From Octopus bimaculoides (lineage: Eukaryota), in the NCBI RefSeq assembly GCF_001194135.2, contig NC_068986.1, forward strand, positions 80,218,398 through 80,255,580: DNA of 37,183 nt, in the 5' to 3' direction. Position numbers and translations under genes: made by a program. The notes under the pieces were generated by a model. It saw nothing but the letters and a program-made list of their open reading frames with translations, did not search any database and was not told the origin of the DNA. This document shows, one piece after another, positions 13,273 to 24,632 of the stretch (position 1 is the first letter of the stretch; each line of letters starts with the position of its first letter).

Positions 13273-16200
13273 TAACTCTTCAAACACAAGAAATAACTAT
13301 GATACCTAGTTACCTTGGCCAAAGGGTAACAAAGGTAACAATAAAACATGCACCTCCAACAACAGACACACTATGGTTGCTATCGGCCATATGTGTCGAC
13401 ATGAAACATTAATATCCTCCAAATCACCATTGGAGAAAACAACTGGACAGGAAAAACAATACAAATCCTCTTCCACATAGACGAAGAGGATATACAGAAA
13501 ATTCCACCTTACATCCGTATGTCACCCAATCAAAAACTACATGTAGTGGTAGAGGGTATAGAAAAAATCATCCATGATGTACAAAAAAAAAAACCATCAT
13601 ATACAAAATTTTGAACACAAAAACACGAAAACCAGAGCAACCAGCAACAGAAATTATTGAACAATGTTTGTATCCCATATTGGCCAACAAGACCTACATA
13701 AACTGGGGGGAACAATTTCACCACCATACAAATTCGTTTTAATAGTGAAGAGAAAGCGAAAGAGTTGTCCACTCTGACTCTTCGTTCCGAAAATATATTG
13801 GTCCCCACATACCTTGGACAAAGGGTAACCAGAGTATCGATAAAAAATGTCCCTCCAGAAGTGGAACCACAATGGCTGTTATCAGCGATTTGTTATCACA
13901 TGGAAGGAAATATAAACATTCTAGAAACTACTGCATTAAAGCAGGAAGACTGGAATGGAAAAAAATTCGATGCCCTGTTACAAATTACACATGAAGAAAT
14001 GCAAGAAATTCCAACTCAAATTGAGCTGCCAGACGACCACACCCTCTACATTGTGGTAGAAGGTAGAAGGCCTCGATGCTACCTGTGTGGCATCGAAATG
14101 CACCTAAAAAAAAATTGCCCAACAGCAACAGATAACCAACAACCACAAGAAGGAAAAACAGCAAAAAAAGGACCCCTACTACCCACACCACCATCAACAC
14201 AAAGGACGAGCAAAGGGAGCAAGACAGAAGAAACCCACAAACCAAACCCGCCTACACCAACAAATGTACCCGAAAAAACACAAACAACAACTACAAGAAC
14301 TAAGGAAACAGTAAAAGCAAAAGACAATACAAAAACTGATTCCACTTCCCCCACATCACATACATCACAAGCAGACAATCAACAACCATCAACAACACAC
14401 CTACTTCAACAAACAAACACACAAGCACAAGACATACCCATACACCCTTCTGATTCCTCAGAAGTTTCGTCCGAAGATGAAAGTAGCGAGGAGTGGCAAA
14501 TAGCCAGAAAGGGAAGGAGGAAAAGAAGTCAAAAGAGAACCAAACCAAATGCAAACACCAACAAAGCAGGGAGATATACATCTCCCGAAAACATCATCTC
14601 CAAACATACCACAAACACCACCACCACCACCACAAAAATACATGCAACAAACATGCTCACAGCAATAGACACTACAAACACAATTAATGAACTACATAAA
14701 TACAAAAACAAACACAACAGAAAACAACATCAAAACAAACAACCACCCATACACGACGCCACCTAATCACATAAAAATATATCATATCACGCCAACATTA
14801 TACCACACTTTAAAATCTCTCTATTCCAAAGCGGTAGGGGGATGTCAAAAATATTTAGCAAAAAAACTTTACAGTAGCCTCCTTGACAAAAATTCAAAGG
14901 AGGGAACTGAACTTTCAAATAGAAAATAACTCTCTGTTCCTTTCGTTTTGTGCTTTAAAGCACATATTTCAATAGAAACATGGTCAAGATTGGTTGTGTA
15001 AATGTGCGTGGCTTGGGGTCCCCTTGGAAACAAGGGTACCTCTTAAATGATATCAAATCACATAACTTGGGAACCATAGCCCTAAGTGAGACCAGACTCC
15101 ATGGTCCGCGGGCCCTAAAGTCGATGTTTGGCAGACAGTTCAACATTTATTTTTCTCTCTGTCTGCCAAGGATGTGAAGTAGTGGCATGGCGTTTTTTTT
15201 TTTTCGCAAGAGTATGGATCTCAAAATAAAGATGATATTCATAGACCTGGAGGGTAGATTGGTTGTTCTGGATATCGACGGCAGCGCTTTTCGGCTCCTA
15301 GCAGTCTATGTTCCTCCTTTAACAGGGAGAGACAACAATAGAAAGGGATGCAAATGCCTCAGAGACCTGCTCAGACGCTTTCAACTGTCTGACAGGTACC
15401 GACTCGAACACCCAAACGTGTCAACGTGAACATGGAGCAACCGCATTGGGTCGTTAAGATCGTATCTAGATAGGATACAGTGTAGGACAATAGATAGAGA
15501 TAGCTTAGGATGTCCACAATTCCACAGTCAGCTACACAGATCACAAACTTGTGACGTGTACACTAGACTTAGATAAGGCACATAGGCAGGGCCCCAGTTA
15601 CTGGAAACTAAACGCGTCTTTCCCGTCGAGACAGGTTTTCAGAGACCGGATTAGCACTTNNNNNNNNNNAAACGCGTCTTTCCCGTCGAGACAGGTTTTC
15701 AGAGACCGGATTAGCACTTTAGTAAAGAGGGCTTTGACGGGAGCCATCATCAATAACAAATGGTGGTTTGCCCTCAAGAGAGCAGTAAGAGCAGAAGCAA
15801 TTAGATATAGCAAGGCACTAGCTGTAGATAGAAACAGAATAGAGGGTGAGCTAGTCAAGTAGCTAGAAGAGGCAATCAGAAGTGACATCGCAACCGACGT
15901 TTTGGTGGCGAGGTTGACACTAGACCAACACTTCAACGCCAAACACTAAGGGTGTGCTGTCAGGGCAAGGATGCATGCTCTAAGAAATGAAGGTGTTGGA
16001 GCCACGCGAGAGGCCCGGGTGGCAGAGGCGCAGTGGGGCAACAGAGCCACCATCCGGTCTCTGGTAGACGAACAGTGGCACAAATTGTTAGAACTGAGCA
16101 AGATGTGCGAGGCTTTTCAGCGGCATTTTGCACGACTGTTCAGGACGAATGGCGAGCAAGAACGCAAGGTGGACTTCAGTGTCTACCTGCACAGCTTGCC

Positions 16201-16501
16201 AAGACTCTCAGCAAGAGAGGCTGAGTGCTGCGAAGGTGCCATCACGGCGGCGGAAGTGGGGGACGTGATGGCAGGATGCTTGAGGGACAAATCTCCGGGT
16301 TTGGATGGTCTGCTCTACGAGCCTTACAATTGTATGCCAGACAGGTTTGGAGACATCCTGGTGGTGGTGTACTGCAACTGGCAGCAGAACGGGAGCATTC
16401 CAGGTTTTGTGAGCTAGGGAACCGTAACGCTGCTGAAGAAAGATCCAAACAAGGGGGATGTCATAGATAACTTTAGGCCCATCACTCTGCTCAATGCAGA
16501 C
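13273..16501 (+). mobile_element. Segment E: chimeric ORF1 (13273-14929), ORF2 (14980-16501)
   Basis: ORF 13765-14766 with CYLCGIEMHLKKNCP; ORF2 begins MVKIGCVNVRGLG and has KSPGLDG and FRPITLLNAD. Confidence 0.9.
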
Positions 16502-16924
16502 NNNNNNNNNNNNNNNNNNNNNNNNNNNNNNNNNNNNNNNNNNNNNNNNNNNNNNNNNNNNNNNNNNNNNNNNNNNNNNNNNNNNNNNNNNNNNNNNNNN
16601 NNNNNNNNNNNNNNNNNNNNNNNNNNNNNNNNNNNNNNNNNNNNNNNNNNNNNNNNNNNNNNNNNNNNNNNNNNNNNNNNNNNNNNNNNNNNNNNNNNNN
16701 NNNNNNNNNNNNNNNNNNNNNNNNNNNNNNNNNNNNNNNNNNNNNNNNNNNNNNNNNNNNNNNNNNNNNNNNNNNNNNNNNNNNNNNNNNNNNNNNNNNN
16801 NNNNNNNNNNNNNNNNNNNNNNNNNNNNNNNNNNNNNNNNNNNNNNNNNNNNNNNNNNNNNNNNNNNNNNNNNNNNNNNNNNNNNNNNNNNNNNNNNNNN
16901 NNNNNNNNNNNNNNNNNNNNNNNN

Positions 16925-18072
16925 AGGTCTACACCTAAACATTCCGCAAAACATTATAGAGGCCACATGAAAGAGAATAATATACAAAATCCTAAATGCA
17001 AAAACACGCAGACCAGAACAAGCACCCCTAGAACTCATTGAAAAATGTTTACGTCCGATATGGATTTTCCAAAAATATGTAAACTGGTGGAATAAATATG
17101 CCACAATCCAGGTTCGCTTCAACAGTGAAGAAAAAGCCAAAGAGCTGTCGACACTCACACTACAGTCGGAAAAACCAATCCTAATTCCGACCTACTTTGC
17201 TCAAGTACGCTTCCAGAGCGAAGACTTAGCAAAGAAATTTTCGACACTCTCTCTCCACACAGATGACTTGGTGATGATACCGAGATATCTTGAACAGAGA
17301 GTGATGAAGGTGACAATAAAAAATGTGCCTTCAGATGTAGAGATGCAATGGATAGTATCTGCCATATGCCTCAAAATGGAGGAGGCAAACATACTGGAAA
17401 TTCCTGCTGTAGAGGAAAAAAACTAGGAAGGGAAAATACTCGAAGTCCTCCTCCACATCACTAAAAGAGGAGTCCCAAAAAATTCCCAGATATATCAAAC
17501 TGGCAGAGGACCACAAATTGTATGTAGTGGTGGAAGAAAGGCAGCTACGCTGTTATATATGCAACAGCGAGGTACACCTCAAAAAGAATTGCCCAACTGC
17601 CGCGAACCAAAAACAACAACAAGACCAACTACCAAAACCCACGAGAAGACAATAGATAAAGATAGCTTAGGATGACCACAATTCCACATGGTCAGCTACA
17701 CAGATCACAAACCAACCGACGGATAACTCTACCACCGAGAAAGATCGAACGATGCCTTCACCCTATATGGGCTCATCAAGAGCATGTTACTTGGGGTGTA
17801 AGTTCGCCACTGTTCAAGTGTGCTTCCAGAGTGAAAATATAGCGAAGCAATTTTCAACACTCTCTCTCCACACAGATGACTTGGTGATGATACCGAGTTA
17901 TCTTCGACAGAGAGTGACGAAGGTGACAATAAAAAATGTGCCTTCAGAAGTAGAGATGCAATGGATAGTATCTGCCATATACCTCGAAATGGAGGAAGCA
18001 AACATACTGGAAATTGCTGCTATAGAGGAATAAAACTGGGAAGGAAAAATACTCGAAGTCCTCCTCCACATC
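16925..18072 (+). mobile_element. Segment F: mosaic of three ORF1 fragments and a short APE fragment (about 17650-17712)
   Basis: Blocks near-identical to 18583-18850 and 20215-20640; an APE piece (ACAATAGATAAAGATAGC...GATCACAAAC) is embedded. Confidence 0.8.
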
Positions 18073-19978
18073 ACTTTGTGGCGTATTTCCCATTTTTGTA
18101 AAATTAATTTCGACTTTCTTAGCCATTTTTGTTTTGAGAATGGCGACTCCAAGCCATGAGGATGAACCTATGACGAACGCCGGTCTGTTTGGCCACTCGT
18201 TTGACATTAATTTCCCTAGACTGCCTTCATCACAACTTCACGAAGGAGGGAACAAAGGGAGAAGTAGCACACAAACAGGTGCCAATGTTAGCATGAACGC
18301 TAACACCGCCACCAACAACAACAGCGATATCATCTCAAAGGCTATTACCTTAAAGACAAACACCAGCACCACTACCACAGCTTCACCATCAACTGCTACA
18401 ACGGACACCTACACCACCACCACAGCCTCACCGTCAGCTGCTACAACGGACGCCCTTGCCACCACTACCAACACCACCACCATCACAAATTTCGCAGAAG
18501 CATTGAAACAAAGAAAAACACTTCTACATTTCACACCAGAATAAATCAAAGAAACCAAAGTCCTCTGAACAGAAAAGGGCTCAGGTCTACACCTAAACAT
18601 TCCGCAAAACATTATAGAGGCCACATGAAAGAGAATAATATACAAAATCCTAAATGCAAAAACATGCAGACCAGAACAAGCACCCCAAGAACTCATTGAA
18701 AAATGTTTACGCCCGATATGGATTTTCCAAAAATATGTAACCTGGTGGAATAAATATGCTACAATCCAGGTTTGCTTCAACAGTGAAGAAAAAGCCAAAG
18801 AGCTGTCGACACTCACACTACAGTCGGAGAAACTAATCCTAATTCCGACCTACCTTGGTCAACGTGTGACCAAAGTTTCAATCAAGAATGTCCCTCCTGA
18901 GATTGAGTCACAATGGCTTTTGTCAGCCATTTGTTACCGCATGGAGGACTTCAACATCCTCGAGTATGCTACTTCGCAGGAAGAGAACTGGTCCGGAAAA
19001 AGGATTCAAGTATTGCTACAAATAAATGAGAACCAAATAAACAGCATTCCACACCATTTTGATCTGCCAGACGGCCATAAGCTCTATGTAGTGGTAGAAG
19101 GCCTCTCTGTTACCTGCGTGGCAGCGAAGAGCACCGCCGAACTGACTGCCCAACAGCAAAGAAAAATCAACAAAAACAAGAGCAAGAACAACTACCACAA
19201 CAAGGAAAAACTACAAGGAAAAAAGAACCCTTACTACCCACACCACCATCAACACAGAGAACAAGCAAAGAGAGTAAAACAAAACAAACACACCAGCCAA
19301 CACCAACCGCTTACACAAACAAACACAGATCCATACGACATGCCCCTACCCCCTTCCGATAACTCAGAACTTTCGTCGGAAGACGAAAGTAGTGAGGAAT
19401 GGCAAATAGCCAGGAAAGGAAGAAGGAAAAGGGGGAAAAAAAGAACAAACACAAACACCAACAAAGCAGGGAGATTCACAACTCCCGAAAACACTTCCAA
19501 CTCTAACACAAACACCACCAATAATAACTACCAAAACAATGCTCACAGCAATAAACACAAAAAACACAGAGTTGATGAAATGCATCAACTCCAAAACAAA
19601 CATCACACAAAACGACATTAAAACAAATACACAACACCACTAGAACATCAAAATTTACCATATCTCACTAACATTGCACCACATACTAAAATCCCTCTAC
19701 CACAATGTGGTGGGGGTGGGGTCAAAAATATCTGTGTAAAAATTTGTACAGCAGCCTCCTTGGTGAAAAGTCAAAGGAAGAAACCGAACTTTCGAACAGT
19801 AAGTAACTGTTCATTTCGTTTGTGTTTTAAAGCACACAACTCAATAGGATCATGGTCAAGATTGGTTGTGTGAACGCGCATGGCTTGGGGTCCCCTTGGA
19901 AACAAAGGTACCTCTTAAATGGCATAAAGTCACATAATTTGGGAATCATAGCCGTAAGTGAGACCAGACTCTATGATA
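18073..19978 (+). mobile_element. Segment G: distal 5' UTR, ORF1 (18140-19806), start of ORF2 (19852-19978)
   Basis: ORF1 begins MATPSHEDE and includes SSEDESSEEWQIARKGRRKR; ORF2 begins MVKIGCVN and has VSETRL. Confidence 0.9.
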
Positions 19979-20640
19979 CCCAAAAACAAATCAATGATAC
20001 AAAATCCCTTCTCACGAAAGAAGGTGACACCGTACAAATACACATACCAAAAGAAATCATCGAAAACACAAACAAAAAGCACATATGATACAGACTTATC
20101 ATCACGAAAACCAAGCGACCGGAGAATTTCTCCACCAAAAAAATAGAAATTTGTCTCAAACTTATATGGCCCTTTCAAAACCATGTTACTTGGGGGTGCA
20201 GGTTCGTCATCATTCAAGTACGCTTTCAGAGCGAAGAGTTAGCAAAGAAATTTTCGACACTCTCTCTCCACACAGATGACTTGGTGATGATACCGAGATA
20301 TCTTGAACAGAGAGTGATGAAGGTGACAATAAAAAATGTGCCTTTAGATGTAGAGATGCAATGGATAGTATCTGCCATATGCCTCGAAATGGAGGAGGCA
20401 AACATACTGGAAATTGCTGCTGTAGAGGAAAAAAACTGGGAAAGGAAAAAACTCGAAGTCCTCCTCCACATCACTGAAGAGGAATCCAAAAAAATTCCCA
20501 GATATATCAAACTGGCAGAGGACCACAAGTTGTATGTAGTGGTGGTAGAAAGGCAGCTACACTGTTATATATGCAACAGCGAGGTACACCTCAAAAAGAA
20601 TTGCCCAACTGCTGTGAACCAAAAACAACAGCAAGACCAC
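19979..20640 (+). mobile_element. Segment H: ORF1 central fragment
   Basis: KSLLTKEGDTVQIHIP through CYICNSEVHLKKNCP. Confidence 0.85.
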
Positions 20641-20699
20641 GATCACCAAACGAATTGCTGAAATATGCCTGAACTCTGAGAATAATTATGAAAAAAATT

Positions 20700-22887
20700 T
20701 CGTGCTACTTCTTAATTCACGTGAAGGTAAGATGGGTACAGAAGAAACAGATCACCCAACTGCCACAACAGCAGCCCCTACCAGCATCACAACTGCCAAC
20801 AACAATGCTAATACAGCAACAACTGTCACCTCTGCCATCAACACCAACACCACCACCAACAACAAGATAAAAACAAACTTTGCCGAGGTGATAAGGCAAA
20901 AAACGACAATAGTATCTTTCACTTCATAGCAGATGAAAGATACAAAGGCTCTACTTACCAAAGAAAATGATGAGGTACAGATCAACATACCACAAGACAT
21001 ATTAGAAGATACCAACAAAAAGACAATTATTTATAAAATTTTAAACTCCAAAATCAAAAAACCAGAAAAAGCAAGCACGTAAAAGATCGAGAAATGCTTG
21101 AGATCTGTATGGCCATATAAAGATTATGTAACTTGGTGGCATAAATTTGCCCATGTGCAAGTTATTTTTCAAAATGAAGAGTTAGCGAAACGATTCTCAA
21201 CGCTAACTCTTAAGACAGAAGACATAATAATGATACCGAGTTACATTGGTCAGAGGGTAACAAAGGTTATCATAAAATATATTCCTCCCATGGTAGACAC
21301 ACAATGGATAACATCAGTCATGTGTGTTGACATGGAGGAGGTCGACATATTACAAATTGCTGTTTCTGAACAGCAACATTGGGTGAGTAAAAAAATGGAG
21401 ATCCTTCTTCATATTACCCAGGAGTCATTAAACAAAATACCCACCTACATACAGTTATCACCAGAGCAAAAGCTGTATGCAGTGGTGGAGGGCAGACGAC
21501 CACGCTATTACATATGCAGCAGTGAAGCTCACTTTCAAAAGGATTGTAATTCTGCTGCAAAACAATATGTAACCCCTGAAAGTCCCTTGCACAACCAAAC
21601 CAGCACCAACATCACAAAAACACACACAATGCTATCAGCGATAGACACAAAAAACACAAGACTAATGGACTACATCATATCTCACACAAACATTTCTGAA
21701 GATGATTATAAGCTTAACAATCATACATGCACTACACCACCGAAACACATCAAAATAGTTCACATCACACAAATGCAGNNNNNNNNNNTAAACAAAATAC
21801 CCACCTACATACAGTTATCACCAGAGCAAAAGCTGTATGCAGTGGTGGAGGGCAGACGACCACGCTATTACATATGCAGCAGTGAAGCTCACTTTCAAAA
21901 GGATTGTAATTCTGCTGCAAAACAATATGTAACCCCTGAAAGTCCCTTGCACAACCAAACCAGCACCAACATCACAAAAACACACACAATGCTATCAGCG
22001 ATAGACACAAAAAACACAAGACTAATGGACTACATCATATCTCACACAAACATTTCTGAAGATGATNNNNNNNNNNNNNNNNNNNNNNNNNNNNNNNNNN
22101 NNNNNNNNNNNNNNNNNNNNNNNNNNNNNNNNNNNNNNNNNNNNNNNNNNNNNNNNNNNNNNNNNNNNNNNNNNNNNNNNNNNNNNNNNNNNNNNNNNNN
22201 NNNNNNNNNNNNNNNNNNNNNNNNNNNNNNNNNNNNNNNNNNNNNNNNNNNNNNNNNNNNNNNNNNNNNNNNNNNNNNNNNNNNNNNNNNNNNNNNNNNN
22301 NNNNNNNNNNNNNNNNNNNNNNNTTAGACGTCTAGAGGTTTTCCTGGGAACATCTCGGACTTTACTGCTAGTAGGGGACTGGAACGCTACCTTGGAGACG
22401 CATCTAGACTATGTGCGAATGGATAGGAGTAGAAGGGGATGTTAGTGCCTCAAAGACCTGCTCAGACATTTCCATTTGTCTGACAGGTTCCGACTCGACC
22501 ATCCGAACGTGCCAACGTGGACTTGGACAAACCGCGTCGAATCGTCGAGATCGTATCTAGATAGAGTTCTATGTAGGACAGCGGATAGAGATAGTGTAGG
22601 ATGTCCACAATTTAAAATAGTCAGCTACACTGGTCATAAATTTGTGACATGTACACTCGCTTAAATAAGACACATAAGCAGGGTCCCGGTTACTGGAAAC
22701 TAAATGTTTCACTCTTAGCACGGCAGGTTTACAGAAACCGGATTCTTGAGTTAATTAAGAGGGCGTTAACAGGAGCCATCGTTAACAACCACTGGTGGTT
22801 TGCCCTAAAAATGGCAATTAAATCAGAATCTATTAGGTTTAGTAAAGAATTAGCGATAGAGCGAAATAGAGTAGAGAGAGACTTAGT
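20700..22887 (+). mobile_element. Segment I: ORF1 (about 20717-22066) and ORF2 APE part (22324-22887)
   Basis: Thr-rich N-terminus, NFAEVIRQK, IPSYIGQRV; GDWNATL, SYLDRV, GPGYWKLN. Confidence 0.88.
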
Positions 22888-22990
22888 TATCATCATGGAC
22901 GGACGGTAGACACATCGGCTCCGTAAGTTTTACCTTTTTTGCTTTTAAAAAGTTTGTTTCTCAGTCATACTTTATATACAAAACTTGATT
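22888..22990 (+). mobile_element. Segment J: isolated LINE 5' UTR start
   Basis: TATCATC-ATGGACGGACGG...GCTCCGTAAGTTTT aligns with 5174-5260 and 24633-24720. Confidence 0.75.
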
Positions 22991-23209
22991 GATTCTCAAA
23001 AATACGACTTGGAAAAACGTTGCATTCCTGATTAAATAAATATAATACAGTTATTTTTTGTTATTGTTTGTACATAGATACAGATATAGGCACCATCAAC
23101 ATATTTATGGATATCAGTCAACCTGTTACTTTCTTTCTTTCTTTCTTTGTGTATGTATATAAACAAAATACAATATACGACAAACTTCTTTGTTACAGAG
23201 ACACCACTC

Positions 23210-23302
23210 TAAATCTGCAAAAATCAGTTTTTAACCGCTTTTGAGAATTACTTATACTTAAACTCGGTTTTTGGAATTATCGGTTTTTTTTTGTGAGCCC
23301 TA
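23210..23302 (-). mobile_element. Possible single terminus of a hAT-like DNA transposon
   Basis: Minus strand reads TAGGGCTCAC followed by AAAACCG subterminal motifs; no second end found. Confidence 0.35.
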
Positions 23303-23538
23303 GTAAGTAACCTTCTCTCTCGTCTCTACTGTTTCGACAAAATTATGCTTAAATCAGGTTTGTGTAAATGTACGTGTCTTGGCATCAGCTTGGAAACAAG
23401 GTTATCTTCTAAGTGACATCAAGTCACAGAACGTAAAAATCATAGCAATCAGTGAAACCAGACTCAGTAATGCACGGGCCCTCGCATCCATGTTTGGTGG
23501 ACAATTCGACATTTATTTTTCTTCCTTTCTGCCAAACA
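23303..23538 (+). mobile_element. LINE fragment: ORF1 stop, spacer and APE start (ATG 23345)
   Basis: Closely similar to 7128-7350; MLKSGLCKC...ISETRL...FSSFLPN. Confidence 0.85.
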
Positions 23539-23590
23539 TCTATCTATGTGTTGTTGCATTGGTTCTTAAGGTAATCGCTTTTTTCTACCG

Positions 23591-23955
23591 TTCATTGAAT
23601 AAGTTTTGTTTACATTTTCACACACGAGGTGTGTAAGGCACCCAGCTTTTGTCTGGGTGTGTTTCCAAGGGGGAATTTGCCCCTAGGAGCAATTTCAGCC
23701 CTATTTTAATATCTAATTTGCCTTCTCGAGTTTTATAAATGTCACGAAATTTATCTGTCGTCTGACGTTATCGTGTCATCTGTGTAACTTTTCATTGAAC
23801 AAGCTTTGTTTACATTATTGCATTCAAGGTGTGTGAAGCACCCAGCTTTTGTTTGGGTATTTTTAAGGGTGGAATTGGCCCCTAGGAGCAGTTTCAGCAC
23901 TACTTTAATATCCAATCTTCTTTCTCGAGTTTAAAAATGTCGAGAAATTTGATTG
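23591..23955 (+). repeat. Two diverged direct repeats, period 200 bp
   Basis: TTCATTGAA...GTTTACATT...GCACCCAGCTTTTGT...CCCTAGGAGCA...CTCGAGTTT occurs at 23591 and 23791. Confidence 0.9.
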
Positions 23956-24620
23956 TGAAGCACTGGTCGGCATCCTTCATGAATGAACATTTTCCTAGCC
24001 TGGGAATGATGGAAGAAAAAAAGAATGAATCTTTCACACACACACACACACTCCAAAACAAGCACAGTTACACCAACAAATGTAAAAGATGGAAAATAAA
24101 TTGCTGTCAATACCATGAATACTAATTCCATGATCAATAAAAGCCCTGTCATCACCACCACCACCACCAAAACTACCACATCTACCATTGCCACCACCAC
24201 AACAACCATTAACAACAACATTATCGCTACAACTGTGCCTGCTGATTCCCAGAAATTGAATATCTTACCTATTACTGGTGAAGATATTAATACTAGTAAT
24301 AAGAATACACCATCCACTGTTTCTACTAGTGCCACTACAAACATTACCACCAACAAAAAGAGCACTATGGTTACTAAACCAAATGCCCCAAGCAATGCCA
24401 CTACACCATCAGCTAACACTATTGACACCAATTTTTTCACATGGATTTAAATGAAATTTGAACCATAGGTAAATGAATAGAAACTATGCCTGTTCCCAAA
24501 ATATCAGCAAATTTCAATAATATTAAGACACCCTAATAGGGGCTAAATCCCTTTATATTGCAAATGTTGGAAGTTTATAACTTGAGTTTTTGAACTTCTA
24601 TTATCATGGGATCTTTCTAT

Positions 24621-24632
24621 TAATTAAGCGTA
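24621..24632 (+). repeat. Left target-site duplication of element K (TAATTAAGCGTA)
   Basis: Identical 12-mer at 28222-28233; 14/15 match if extended to 24618 and 28219. Confidence 0.85.

Noticed and set aside
8494-20088. In-frame chimeric fusions at joints (8497, 9898, 19978)
   Set aside because: The other joints checked (9080, 12357, 13272, 27727) are out of frame; 3 of 7 is about chance expectation.
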